DNA of 64,000 nucleotides from Candidatus Doudnabacteria bacterium (GCA_037200925.1 JBBCGO010000001.1:696235-760234); one strand, 5' to 3'. Positions 1 to 10,083 are shown, numbered from the stretch's first letter. Notes: a model not told the origin generated them from the sequence alone. Numbers and translations: made by a program.

Positions 1-487
1 TGTTGGGCTTGATAGGCAACAGGTAGGTGACGCTACCGATGACACTGTCGAGGTAGGTCGGTTTCTCGAACTTCTTGCCGTTGACGATCAACTGTACAGG
101 AAGGTCGAGTACGGGTTGGGTTCCGCGGGCGATAAACACTTCAGCTATTAGTAGTGTCTTATCGGCTGCGAGTCGGGGTTTCCCCCACCAGACCCGTAAG
201 GGCTTCGTGTCCGGCATCGGCGCAACAGGCGCCGGCGCCGGAATTGGTGCGGCGATCGGTGTAGTCGGTGCAGCAGCGATCACTCGTGCATTGTCTGTGT
301 GCGGGCCTTTCGGCCGGTCGATCGAGTCGTACTCAACTCGCGTTCCGATGATCTTCATCTCAGGAGGAGTATGTCCTCTGATGCTGAAGTGAACGTCGGC
401 TAAGCCGTCAGATGAACCGCCGTCGGGTCGAATAAACCCGTCGTGGCCACCTGAAGAGAATCGATTGACCGTTCCTGTACTACTCAT
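1..487 (-). CDS. cold-shock-domain protein with Pro/Ala linker and C-terminal beta domain (3' end outside window)
   Basis: Not in ORF track; manual translation MSSTGTVNRFSSGGHDGFIRPDGGSSDGLADVHFSI... resembles CSD RNP1/RNP2 (GFIxPD, VHFS); GGAGG 4 nt before ATG; open to window edge. Confidence 0.7.
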   Translation of the reverse strand, partial: MSSTGTVNRFSSGGHDGFIRPDGGSSDGLADVHFSIRGHTPPEMKIIGTRVEYDSIDRPKGPHTDNARVIAAAPTTPIAAPIPAPAPVAPMPDTKPLRVWWGKPRLAADKTLLIAEVFIARGTQPVLDLPVQLIVNGKKFEKPTYLDSVIGSVTYLLPIKPN

Positions 488-825
488 TGTGCCTCCGGGC
501 CCACTCACGCAATGCGCTGAGGAGCTGATGCTGATGTTGACGAACTGAACTGATGAACTGTTGATGTTGTTGTTAAAGCCGCCTTTTTATAGGCGACGAT
601 ATAGAGATATTCTGTTTTCAAGGAGCTTCCGGCGCCTCATCTGAGGTACCGGAATCACCATGGAGGTGATTAAGTATGTTAGCATAAATGAGGTGTTTTG
701 TCAATAGTATAAATCAAAAAGCCCAATATAAAGGCGTGAGTTAGTTATAGTATAAATTCTGTTAGAAAGTGATTATACCATAAATTGGTAATATATGTCA
801 AATAGACGAATTAGTGACTTTAATT

Positions 826-867
826 AAAAAAAGAGCCGTTCAGATGCTTTCGCAATCTGACGACTCT
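826..867 (-). terminator. intrinsic terminator after kinase gene
   Basis: Minus strand AGAGTCGTCAGAT..ATCTGAACGGCTCT followed by T-run. Confidence 0.6.
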
Positions 868-902
868 ACATACTTATAGACAAACCTCCTTTGAGTTTGC
901 TG

Positions 903-2690
903 CTATCGCCCGACAAGATGGGCGATAAGGAAGATCAACCACGAACCGATAACGATCGTGGATAATCTTGGATAGACGGCCCATCTCCATGACTGAGGTA
1001 ATTTCCCGCGTCGCGAAAGATTAGCCGCACGCCCGGAAACGAATGCCAACCAGAAAGGCAAGGTCGCAAGCCACGGATTTTTTAACGCGACGCCGACGAG
1101 ACCCGTGATTGTGAATACCACCGCGAACAGCACGTACAGATTAGTTGTTGCTGTCGCGGAGCTGGACGAACCCGCGTGACCTTTGAACCACTGACCGGCT
1201 TTGTGTGCTTTCTGGTTGAACGAACCGGCATGATTTTTTAACCACACACCGGCTTGCTGCGCTTTCTGGCTTGCGGCGTGCGTGCGCGGCCGATTGACTC
1301 TGACCGTTTCGTCGTGGATCGGCCTTCCCGTGGTTTCTTCCACAACGATGCGCAGCCGCCGTTCCACGACTGTGATCGGCACGCGAGTGTCGATCTGATC
1401 AAGATGGAAATAACCCGTCGCATCGGTGAGCACTCGGCTGACACCGGTCGGATGTCCGCCGCCGCTGTCCACGATGTCCGCCACGACAACGTTGACGGCA
1501 GGTACCGGCTGGTTGCGGCTGAATCGGTGAACTTCAATGACCTTGCCCATGAGATCCCTCTGGTACTCGGTACCGTTGGGCATGACCACGGTCGGTGTTT
1601 TTCCCCAAACGATCTTGTATCGACCCGCCAGTTGGGGAACGGGAGCGGCAACTGTAGGTGTTGCAACAGGCACAGGTGCGGGTTTGGTGACAGGCCGGAG
1701 ATGGACAGGCAGAGGTTGGTGCGCTTCGTGAACGCGAACCAGTTCCAGCCGGAGTTCTTCCGCCGACTGGTATCGTCCGGCGGGATTTTCATCCGTTCCC
1801 TTGATGAGGACCGCCTGCAGCTCCACGTCCTGAACGAACGTGCGAATAGCATGCAGCTGGTCGGGCCGGGTGTCCGGGAAGTCCTTGGCGTTGGCAATCA
1901 GTGCCCAGAGAGAAGCGCACAAGCTCCCGATGTCTGTGGAGGCAGAGATCGGTTTTCCTTTCTGCAACTGCTCCGGCATGGCAAACGCCGGGCTTCCCGC
2001 TCGGGTGCCGCCCCGACCCATAGTGGCGGCGGAGAAGGATTCGAATCGAGAAATGCCGAAGTCCAGAAGACAGGCTGTGTTGCTTGTGCGAAGGACGTGG
2101 AGATTGGCAGGTTTGATGTCCCGGTGGATGACCGGTTTGGCGATGCCCATCTCGACATAGCCGTGCAGGTAGTCTCGAAGAATAATGCAGATCTCGATAC
2201 CATACGGCAAGACTTGCAGGAACGGGATGGAGCCGACGCGGTCTTGGATCTTGTCCAGATCCTCGCCGGGCATGAACTCCATGGCCATGAGCAGCCGTCC
2301 ATGAGCGCGGAACGCTCCTTCGCCGATGGGGAACGGAGCGAATACTGGAGGATTGGCCACAAGTTGATGGCCAAGCCGTTCCTGGATATGCGCTTCACGT
2401 TCAAACATGGCTTCCAGTTTGCGCTGAACCTTCGGATTGCCGCTGGGCAGCATTTCCTTCACGGCGCGCTGGTCGCCACTGCGATTGGTCGTCAGGTATG
2501 TCGTGGCCATACCGCCCCAGCCAAGCACTCTGATAACAGTGTACTCGTCTGTTGCCGCGGGTAGGGCCGTTCCTGCGATCAACGCCGCGGGTGGCTGGGG
2601 ATCGAGATTGCTGCAGGCCGGATTGATGCAGAGGGTTGCTGCCTCTGGATAATCACGGCTGCATTTCGGGCATCTTCGTTGGATAGGCAT
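903..2690 (-). CDS. Hanks-type Ser/Thr protein kinase, N-terminal Zn ribbon, C-terminal TM helices
   Basis: LGWGGMA Gly loop, AVKE, FEREA, HRDIKPANL, DFG, MPEQ; CPKC..CINPAC; three hydrophobic C-terminal segments. Confidence 0.92.
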   Translation of the reverse strand: MPIQRRCPKCSRDYPEAATLCINPACSNLDPQPPAALIAGTALPAATDEYTVIRVLGWGGMATTYLTTNRSGDQRAVKEMLPSGNPKVQRKLEAMFEREAHIQERLGHQLVANPPVFAPFPIGEGAFRAHGRLLMAMEFMPGEDLDKIQDRVGSIPFLQVLPYGIEICIILRDYLHGYVEMGIAKPVIHRDIKPANLHVLRTSNTACLLDFGISRFESFSAATMGRGGTRAGSPAFAMPEQLQKGKPISASTDIGSLCASLWALIANAKDFPDTRPDQLHAIRTFVQDVELQAVLIKGTDENPAGRYQSAEELRLELVRVHEAHQPLPVHLRPVTKPAPVPVATPTVAAPVPQLAGRYKIVWGKTPTVVMPNGTEYQRDLMGKVIEVHRFSRNQPVPAVNVVVADIVDSGGGHPTGVSRVLTDATGYFHLDQIDTRVPITVVERRLRIVVEETTGRPIHDETVRVNRPRTHAASQKAQQAGVWLKNHAGSFNQKAHKAGQWFKGHAGSSSSATATTNLYVLFAVVFTITGLVGVALKNPWLATLPFWLAFVSGRAANLSRRGKLPQSWRWAVYPRLSTIVIGSWLIFLIAHLVGR

Positions 2691-2886
2691 ATCGGCTCTC
2701 CTCTTGCGAAACGAGTTGATGTTGATCGCCTTGCGGCGAGATGTAAATTCGAAAGAACAATTGGTCTTACTGAGACCATCGTGGAATCAATCAGCTTAAA
2801 TCCATAATGCTCGCAGTAAAAAGAGATGGGAGAGAGCAAGGACATCATGTCCATGAACTCTCTCCCTAACTTGCTTGAACGAATAG

Positions 2887-3375
2887 CTACTTGATGGGGA
2901 ACCTTGCGGTCTTGCCGGCGGTCACCGCGACATTGGCACCGCGCGGAATTTCCACCGAGTCCATCGGCTTGTACCGGACTGTGGTGATGAGTGAGAAGCC
3001 GTTGCCGCCGCCGCCGGTCGCGAACATCTTGCCGTCGCGGGCAAAGATCTTCACCGGCGTGCGCGACACGGTTTCGTCGTCGCTCTTGAACGTGACCGTC
3101 TCGTCGGTGTCGGTGTGCGCGATGGTGAACTCGTCACCCTCGCGCATCTCGATGCGGCGTGCGTCCGGCAGAACGATGGTGCCGACCACCGGACCTTTGA
3201 CGTCTGTGGGGACGCTCACGCTCGGCATATCCGGCATGGCCGGCGGCGCTTCGTTGACTGCCACAGCGTCGGTCGTTTGAGAGGAGGAACCGGCTTCCGT
3301 TGTCAGATCCTCGCTGCCGCAGTCCGGACAGGAGGTGGCGGTAAAGCCGATGTTTCCGCATGCGTTACACTTCAT
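2887..3375 (-). CDS. Zn-ribbon + degenerate FHA-like domain protein
   Basis: Start MKCNACG with GGAG RBS; CxxC..CPDC; DETVSR and GNG FHA-like motifs, but canonical GR and H are absent. Confidence 0.6.
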   Translation of the reverse strand: MKCNACGNIGFTATSCPDCGSEDLTTEAGSSSQTTDAVAVNEAPPAMPDMPSVSVPTDVKGPVVGTIVLPDARRIEMREGDEFTIAHTDTDETVTFKSDDETVSRTPVKIFARDGKMFATGGGGNGFSLITTVRYKPMDSVEIPRGANVAVTAGKTARFPIK

Positions 3376-3439
3376 GTGATTGTCTCCATAGAAGGTGAGT
3401 CGATCCCGGCTGCTTTTTGTGGCAGCCGGGTAGGATGAT

Positions 3440-4759
3440 CTAGTCGTCGTCGGTGAAGACTTGAGTGGCGCGTCCGGCTTTCTTGGCCGTTGCTGAGCCG
3501 CCCTTGGTCGCAGACTCCTGGCGCAGCTGGTCAAGATCCGTGAGGGATCCCGCCAGATCAGCGTCGTCGGCGAACACCTGGGTTGCGCGCTTCACTCTTT
3601 CCGCGGCCTTGCCGAGGATGTCCTGTTGCGCTTTGGCGTCCGTGGTCCTGCTGGCCTGATCGAGAGCGCGCGCCGCGTCGGCCTGCGCTGCGATCTTTTC
3701 CACGTAGGAGTTGACCTTGCCGCCGGTGACCTTCGCGAATCTCTGTCGCATCTCATCGCTTGCCAGCTCGATCGGGTCATTGATGCCCATGCCTGAGCAG
3801 GCGCCGAACACCGCGAGTTTGCCGAAAGTGCGTTCCTGGCTATCAACGTTGTCCGGGAACTTCGGCATCTGGGTGACGAATTGCACGAACACGTCGAGTC
3901 GGTCACCGGGACCGATCTCGCCGAGTTGCACGGTTGCCGGTGTGTTGGAACCGGCCACGTAGTTGCGCTTGCCGTTCTTCCAGACAAATTCGCAGTGCGC
4001 CACCTCCTGGACCAGGCCGATGGGAGTGAACTCCAACCGGGCATTGGTGACCGAGGCGTGAATCGCCTTGCGGAGCGAGCCTGCGAAGAACTTGCCGACC
4101 TCGAACGATGACGAGCAGGGTTTGAAGTTCGCCCCGCCCGACATTTCTTTGAGGCGCATTTCATCGTCCGCCGAGAGGTTGTCCGCGACACTGGCCGTGT
4201 AGATGACTATGCCGCCGTCGCGGATCTCGGTCGACATGGGGCGCGGGTCTTCGAAGTGCGCTTCGTGCGCGCCGTCGCTGATGAAAGCGATGGCGCGCGT
4301 CATTCCCGCGATCTTCCCCAGCTCGCGCCTGGCCGTGTCCAGCCCGACGTTGTAGTTGGTGCCTCCCTGCGGGTAGACATCGTCTTCGATCGCGCTGAGT
4401 GCGGCTTCCTTGCCGTCCGTATTGCACAAGGTGAAAGGCAATGCCATCTTCGCATCTCGGTGGAAGGTGATGATGGCAACCTGGTCGCCGTCGCGGAGCA
4501 GGTCAATGACCTGCTTGGCAGCGCTTTTGATGGCCTTGTAGATCTGATTGTCGCTGCCGCCATCAGAGCTGATGGGGTTGTCGGTCGAGTTGGAGACGTC
4601 GAGGACGAGGGCGAGTGCGACGTTGCCGTCGTTTTCACCTTCACTGCTTTCCGGCATCCTGATGCTGATGCAGGTTTTCACCGTCGGTACGAGCGCGGGA
4701 TTCATCTTCATCTGCACTGAGTGTGTCAGGCAGGAAAGACTGAGATTCGGTCTCTTCAT
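3440..4759 (-). CDS. vWA domain protein (intact MIDAS)
   Basis: VLDVSNS, GGTNY, FISDG; AAGGAG before ATG at 4759 (start could instead be 4657). Confidence 0.85.
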   Translation of the reverse strand: MKRPNLSLSCLTHSVQMKMNPALVPTVKTCISIRMPESSEGENDGNVALALVLDVSNSTDNPISSDGGSDNQIYKAIKSAAKQVIDLLRDGDQVAIITFHRDAKMALPFTLCNTDGKEAALSAIEDDVYPQGGTNYNVGLDTARRELGKIAGMTRAIAFISDGAHEAHFEDPRPMSTEIRDGGIVIYTASVADNLSADDEMRLKEMSGGANFKPCSSSFEVGKFFAGSLRKAIHASVTNARLEFTPIGLVQEVAHCEFVWKNGKRNYVAGSNTPATVQLGEIGPGDRLDVFVQFVTQMPKFPDNVDSQERTFGKLAVFGACSGMGINDPIELASDEMRQRFAKVTGGKVNSYVEKIAAQADAARALDQASRTTDAKAQQDILGKAAERVKRATQVFADDADLAGSLTDLDQLRQESATKGGSATAKKAGRATQVFTDDD

Positions 4760-5837
4760 GATCGTAAGCTCCTTCGACGAAGGTTGAACGGATGGTTGTG
4801 ATCGCGGCGAAAACATTGTCGTCGCCCGGCGTGATCGGCGGGTCTTTCTCGGGCTCAAGAACCTGGCCGTATGGCAATTGGACGTTGACGGCTTGGTCGA
4901 GAAGCTGGCTGACAGCGTGTTCTGGTTCGGCTTCACCCCGTGCGATACCTGCGATGGCGTCCGGACTGAGCATGTTCGTCAGTCCATCCGAGCAGTGCAG
5001 AATATGTACATAAGGAGTCTCCTGATCGAGTTGGAACTCGCGGAGGATAACTTGGCCGTTGGCTTGCGGACTTTGTCCGACCCAGCGGGTAAGAGATCCT
5101 TTATGCGGTCCTTCAGCCCAGGCATCGTCAGTGTTGAGCTTTTCCACCTTGTCCTCAGTTATGAGGAACAGGGCGGGGTCGCCGACGCAGTAGCCGTGCA
5201 TGATGCCGCGTCCTTTTTTGAGATCGCAGATCAGAACACTGGCTGTCCATGTGGCACCGAAGACTTTCGCCGGCCGCTGATGCTTGTCAATTCCGACCTC
5301 CTGTACGCCGAAGCTGTAGACGCACCCCGTCACCCAGTTGATGCTGGGGAAAAAATAAGTCTTCACCTTTTCGTTCAGAAGCTGCCAGAATTGGTCGCGG
5401 TCGACGAATTTGTCTTCTTGGTCGAACGCCGGGAGGCGCACGCCCATTGCCGCGAGAAAGAGATGGACCGTGGTGGCGGCCCAGCGTTCTCCGCCCGTAC
5501 CGCCGCCGATGCCGTCGGCACCGGTTTGCAGAATGACGCAGTAGCCGTGAAGCGGATAGTCGACCCTGCTGATCGCGCAATAGTCTTGGTTGTTTTCCTT
5601 GACCTTGCCGATCACGTGGTCGCAGCCCGTGGCCACTTTCATCCGGTCGTTGAGCGAAATCCCAGCCGGAAGTTCCGGCTGGTGCTCCGGCTCGTCGATG
5701 AGTGTGTTGCCGATCAGGTCCTCTTGTTGCGGGGGACCGTTACCGATTGCAGGAGGCGGGTTTGTGAGAGGTGCACCGCACGTCCCACAATAGTCCCGTC
5801 CTTCGGCAACAGGTTCGTTGCATTCCGGGCAAGTCAT
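4641..5837 (-). CDS. PP2C-family Ser/Thr phosphatase with N-terminal double Zn ribbon
   Basis: CPEC..CGTC; NQD, ADGIGG, VGD, CSDGL, DDN PP2C motifs. Confidence 0.88.
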   Translation of the reverse strand: MTCPECNEPVAEGRDYCGTCGAPLTNPPPAIGNGPPQQEDLIGNTLIDEPEHQPELPAGISLNDRMKVATGCDHVIGKVKENNQDYCAISRVDYPLHGYCVILQTGADGIGGGTGGERWAATTVHLFLAAMGVRLPAFDQEDKFVDRDQFWQLLNEKVKTYFFPSINWVTGCVYSFGVQEVGIDKHQRPAKVFGATWTASVLICDLKKGRGIMHGYCVGDPALFLITEDKVEKLNTDDAWAEGPHKGSLTRWVGQSPQANGQVILREFQLDQETPYVHILHCSDGLTNMLSPDAIAGIARGEAEPEHAVSQLLDQAVNVQLPYGQVLEPEKDPPITPGDDNVFAAITTIRSTFVEGAYDHEETESQSFLPDTLSADEDESRARTDGENLHQHQDAGKQ

Positions 5838-6252
5838 CCTTGTGGTTCCTTTCGAGGAAACGGTTGTGTATGTGGAAAGACCGGAATCGGTCTGTAAATA
5901 AGTAGCTATTCAAGTTGTAAAGAACAGGCCTCCTTAAACAAAAACGGCAAGAGATTATCTTGCCGAAAAGCTTACCGAAACAGTTCCTGTAGGCTATTCG
6001 GAAAGACAAAAAAATGAACAGGGATTTATTATTAAAGTAACTTTAAAGATTATCACTTTCGGGTCATTTTGTCAAGACATTCAATAAAAGACCTATTTTT
6101 TAGAGGGTTTTTTGACATCAGAAAAATTGATTGCGCCATATAATATAAGTATTGTCAAATTTACTTTGAGGGGTTTATTAATTTAAGAAATAAAAAAAGA
6201 GGAGATCAGAGGATCCCCTCAAGGAAATGAAGCAGGGCTAAGGCCCGGCGAT

Positions 6253-6843
6253 TTACTTGCGCAAGCGTACTTCAGCTGTCCCACCATCCTCTAGCTGAAA
6301 TACTATCTTCGTCATCAAGCCGGGAAAATCGACATATAGCATATAGTTTCCCGGCGAGTTCGATGAGAAGTTTGTTACCGGAATGAGAGTGCCTTCGATT
6401 CGTTGCTTGAATACGATCGAAATGTCTGAAACTGCTATAAACGGAAGATCAGCCGCCTTCCCATTGACCGTAGTTGCCACAGTCACCAAGAACAGGCCTG
6501 TGACAGGATCTTGGTCTCTCGGTGGATTGACTACCTTGATCGCAAGAGTCTGTTTTTCAGGGATTGTTTCAGCAACAGGGCGTGCCGGGGAAGGTGACGA
6601 TGAGGATGAGGCCTGCGATCGAGTCTGCCCGGAATGGTTCAGATTGATACCATCCGTCATGATCTTGACTGCCTCTTTCCAAGTTTCCAGCGCGTGGTAG
6701 TAGGCTTCACGCTGTTCTCGAAGATCACTAGAGTTCCATCTGATCTGAAAATCTTCAGGTTTCGGCATCGGGGGAAAGTCGACTGTGACTATCGGTGTAG
6801 AAACAACGTGCGAAGTGCTCACAGGTGCTTGTTCAGATTTCAT
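6253..6843 (-). CDS. hypothetical protein (helical N-term, Ser/Pro linker, beta-rich C-term)
   Basis: 196-aa ORF with AAGGAGG RBS and downstream hairpin/T-run. Confidence 0.7.
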   Translation of the reverse strand: MKSEQAPVSTSHVVSTPIVTVDFPPMPKPEDFQIRWNSSDLREQREAYYHALETWKEAVKIMTDGINLNHSGQTRSQASSSSSPSPARPVAETIPEKQTLAIKVVNPPRDQDPVTGLFLVTVATTVNGKAADLPFIAVSDISIVFKQRIEGTLIPVTNFSSNSPGNYMLYVDFPGLMTKIVFQLEDGGTAEVRLRK

Positions 6844-6986
6844 GACCCTCCTTAGGTTTTCTAATAACTGCCTTCAAAAAACGTAAATGTGCAGTATGCT
6901 AGTATAGTTTAATGTTGGTTCAATGTCAATAGTTTACCGTTTCACTATTCAACGGCCTTTGTTATAATAAATAAGTTGGTTGATAC

Positions 6987-7073
6987 GCCGACGTGGCGAA
7001 ACTGGCAGACGCACTGGGTTTAGGACCCAGCGCTCGCAAGAGCATGTCGGTTCGAATCCGACCGTCGGCACCA
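6987..7073 (+). tRNA. tRNA-Leu(TAG)
   Basis: GCCGACG..CGTCGGC acceptor, CTGGG-TTTAGGA-CCCAG anticodon arm, long variable arm, TTCGAAT, CCA. Confidence 0.97.
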
Positions 7074-7095
7074 AAAAATTCATTGGTTTGCAAGA

Positions 7096-7124
7096 TTGAC
7101 ATATTGAGCTGTTTCATGTAAAAT
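7096..7124 (+). promoter_or_regulatory. sigma70 promoter of ftsH
   Basis: TTGACA-17-TAAAAT, ATG 9 nt after the -10. Confidence 0.65.
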
Positions 7125-7133
7125 TCATAAGCT

Positions 7134-9020
7134 ATGAACAAATTTTTTCGCAACCTGCTTATAATTCTCGCCATATTCCTGGTCATTGCCGGCGCCTTTA
7201 CGCTTTTCAACAATGACAATGCCAATGTCAGTCAAGTGACACTGGGCAAAGTTGCTGATGAGGTTAGCGCCGGACAGATTAATAAAATTGAGGTTTCCGA
7301 CAACGAGGTTGATCTGACGGTTTATCTTAAAGATGGAACCAAACAAATATCCACTAAAGAAAAATCCTCTGTTCTTTCAGACACATTAAAAAATACATAC
7401 GCGGTTGATAATTCTAAGATCAAGGACGCGAACATTGAACCGCTCTCAGGTTCAACTTCTATTCTTCAGTCAACCATTCTGCCGTTTGCGCTTCCGTTCC
7501 TTTTGATCGGGGCTTTCATCTGGTTTCTTATGCGCCAAGTCCAAGGATCAAACAATCGCGCAATGTCATTCGGCCAATCGGGCGCTAAGCTCCTTGAACA
7601 GTCAGACCGAAGAAAGCGCGTGACTTTTGCCGATGTGGCCGGGATCAAGGAAGCGAAAGAAGAATTGAAGGAAGTTGTGGAGTTTTTGCGTTTTCCGCAG
7701 AAATTTTTCTCGCTTGGCGCGCGCATTCCCAAAGGCGTATTGCTGCTGGGGCCTCCCGGAGTCGGCAAGACCCTGGTCGCCCGCGCCGTGGCCGGGGAAG
7801 CCAATGTGCCTTTTTTCCATATTTCCGGTTCGGAGTTTGTGGAGATGTTCGTGGGAGTTGGCGCTTCCCGCGTGCGCGATTTATTTAAGAAAGCCAAACG
7901 GAATGCTCCGTGCATTGTGTTTATAGATGAGATAGATGCTGTGGGAAGGCAAAGAGGAGCGGGTTTGGGCGGCTCACATGACGAGCGTGAGCAGACCTTA
8001 AATCAGATCCTGGTGGAGATGGACGGTTTTGAAAATGAGACCAATGTCATTGTGATCGCTGCGACCAACCGGCCGGATGTTTTAGACCCCGCTCTGCTTC
8101 GTCCCGGCAGATTCGACCGGCAGGTGGTTTTGGACCCGCCGGATATCAATGACCGGGAAGCTATTTTGAAAGTGCATTCTATCGGCAAACCGTTGGCTAA
8201 AGAGGTCAATTTGCGGGCAATTGCCGAACGCACCCCCGGATTTTCCGGCGCTGATTTGTCCAACCTGATAAATGAAGGGGCGATTTTGGCGGCTCGGCGA
8301 AACCTAAAAGTGGTCGGACAAAATGAATTGATCGAAGCCATAGAGAAAGTTATGCTCGGACCGGAGCGCAAAAGCCATTTGCTGTCTAAGAAAGAAAAAG
8401 AGATCGCGGCCTGGCATGAGGCCGGCCATGCTCTGGTGGCTACGGTCATGCCGCACGCCGACCCGGTGCATAAGGTTTCCATAGTATCCCGCGGCAGGGC
8501 GGCAGGCTATACCATGAAGCTGCCGAGCGAGGATAAGAACTTGCATTCCAAATCTGAATTTCTGGCAGACTTGGCCGTGTCATTGGGCGGCTATGCCACA
8601 GAGAAAATGATCTTTGATGAACTGACCACAGGCGCTTCCAATGATCTGCGCGTGGCCACAGGCCTTGCCCGCAAACTTGTGACCAGTTACGGCATGTCGG
8701 AAACTCTGGGTCCCATGACCTTTGGCGACACACACGAGATGATATTTTTGGGCCGCGAGATTTCCGAGCAGAAGAATTATTCGGAGAAAGTTGCCGCCAA
8801 GATCGACGAAGAAGTCTCCGGTTTCATTGAACGGGCATACCGCACTGCTGCGGACGTTATCAAAAAATACCGCAAGCAGCTGACCTTGATCGCTAATGAA
8901 CTCATCGAGAAAGAGACAATAGAGCGCGCAGAGTTTGAGAACCTCGTCGCCGATATCATTCCCCAGGAAAAGTTAAACAAGAATATTGCGACCGGGGGGC
9001 TGTCATCAGTTCCGGTCTAG
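7134..9020 (+). CDS. ftsH: ATP-dependent Zn metalloprotease FtsH
   Basis: 2 [40 protein letters not shown]. Confidence 0.98.
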   Translation: MNKFFRNLLIILAIFLVIAGAFTLFNNDNANVSQVTLGKVADEVSAGQINKIEVSDNEVDLTVYLKDGTKQISTKEKSSVLSDTLKNTYAVDNSKIKDANIEPLSGSTSILQSTILPFALPFLLIGAFIWFLMRQVQGSNNRAMSFGQSGAKLLEQSDRRKRVTFADVAGIKEAKEELKEVVEFLRFPQKFFSLGARIPKGVLLLGPPGVGKTLVARAVAGEANVPFFHISGSEFVEMFVGVGASRVRDLFKKAKRNAPCIVFIDEIDAVGRQRGAGLGGSHDEREQTLNQILVEMDGFENETNVIVIAATNRPDVLDPALLRPGRFDRQVVLDPPDINDREAILKVHSIGKPLAKEVNLRAIAERTPGFSGADLSNLINEGAILAARRNLKVVGQNELIEAIEKVMLGPERKSHLLSKKEKEIAAWHEAGHALVATVMPHADPVHKVSIVSRGRAAGYTMKLPSEDKNLHSKSEFLADLAVSLGGYATEKMIFDELTTGASNDLRVATGLARKLVTSYGMSETLGPMTFGDTHEMIFLGREISEQKNYSEKVAAKIDEEVSGFIERAYRTAADVIKKYRKQLTLIANELIEKETIERAEFENLVADIIPQEKLNKNIATGGLSSVPV

Positions 9021-9022
9021 AG

Positions 9023-9934
9023 ATGATCTTACCGTACCGCAAAATATTCAAACAGGCTTATGAGATCGTTTGGAACAACAAGTTCTTATGGATCTTCGGC
9101 CTGTTTTTGCTGTTCGGGAATTTTTTTAATTTCAACTATGTTTTTCAAAGCCAAGGCACTAACTCCGGTGATCTTTCATGGTTTCAAAACCATGCTTTTT
9201 TGGGAAATCTGACTTTGCTTATCGTCCTGGGCGTGATCTTGGAATTGATCCTTTTGCTGTTCAAGGCCCGGGCAGGCAATATCATTGCGGTGAAAGCGAT
9301 TATTGACAGGCAGGAAACCTCTTTTGTCAAAAGTTTTAATTATGGCGGGCTTTTTCATTTGCGTTTGCTTGGAGTTTTTTTGCTGATGCAAATAGCTTTG
9401 TTTCTGGCATTAGTTGTTATCGGCGGGCCTATATTTTACCTATTTTCTCTCAAATTCTTTATCCGAGCTCTGATACTTTCAGCAATTGGTTTGATTATTT
9501 TTATTCCGATTTCCGTTATTGCGGCCTTGATCAGCTTTCTTGCTCCGATGTTTGTCGTATTGCATGATTTCAAAATAGGCGAGGCGATCCAACGCAGTTT
9601 TGAACTTGTCAGTCAGTTTTGGTTCACTCTTCTGGTCTTCAGTTTTATGTTGTTCTGCTTGGCTGTTTTGGCTTTTTTAGCAAGCCTAATAGCCGCTGCG
9701 ATCACGGCTTTGCCATTTGTTCTTTTGGCATATTTGGCTTATCATAAAGTAGGTTTCGGTGCCGGAGTCGCTTTGACGATCGTTTCTGTAACTGCCGGTT
9801 CAATTGTTTTTTTAATTATCCAGGCTCTGGTTGCAACCTTTGCGCAAACCGCCTGGGTTCTGGCTTTCCTCGAGCTGATCAAACCGCAGAAATTGGAGGA
9901 AGAGGAGTCTCTGCCAGTGCCGGAAATTGTTTGA
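9023..9934 (+). CDS. multi-pass membrane protein
   Basis: 303 aa with many hydrophobic helices; starts 2 nt after ftsH. Confidence 0.8.
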   Translation: MILPYRKIFKQAYEIVWNNKFLWIFGLFLLFGNFFNFNYVFQSQGTNSGDLSWFQNHAFLGNLTLLIVLGVILELILLLFKARAGNIIAVKAIIDRQETSFVKSFNYGGLFHLRLLGVFLLMQIALFLALVVIGGPIFYLFSLKFFIRALILSAIGLIIFIPISVIAALISFLAPMFVVLHDFKIGEAIQRSFELVSQFWFTLLVFSFMLFCLAVLAFLASLIAAAITALPFVLLAYLAYHKVGFGAGVALTIVSVTAGSIVFLIIQALVATFAQTAWVLAFLELIKPQKLEEEESLPVPEIV

Positions 9935-9949
9935 TAATTGATATAATTA

Positions 9950-10083
9950 CAAAAAATTTGAGTCGCAGCCCAGCTCGTGCTTGCAAGAGCTGGGCGAGAA
10001 CAAATTTTTTGAGAGGAGCATCTGCAGATCGTAGCACATTTCGCCTTTTGCGAAATTGCGAAGTATCTGCAAGACTGCGACGA
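9950..10083 (+). repeat. structured intergenic element, copy A (abuts tRNA-Val)
   Basis: Shares AAAAAATT(T)GAGTCGCAG, CGAGAACAA, GAGAGGAGC, GCGAAGT and GCGACGA with 21172-21286; stems covary. Confidence 0.75.

Noticed and set aside
1254-5897. Long plus-strand ORFs (436 aa, 339 aa) opposite the kinase and PP2C
   Set aside because: Antisense shadows of GC-rich genes; no motifs or RBS
1-7073. Integrative element at tRNA-Leu
   Set aside because: No integrase or duplicated tRNA end visible, and the island lies 5' of the tRNA; cannot be excluded beyond the window
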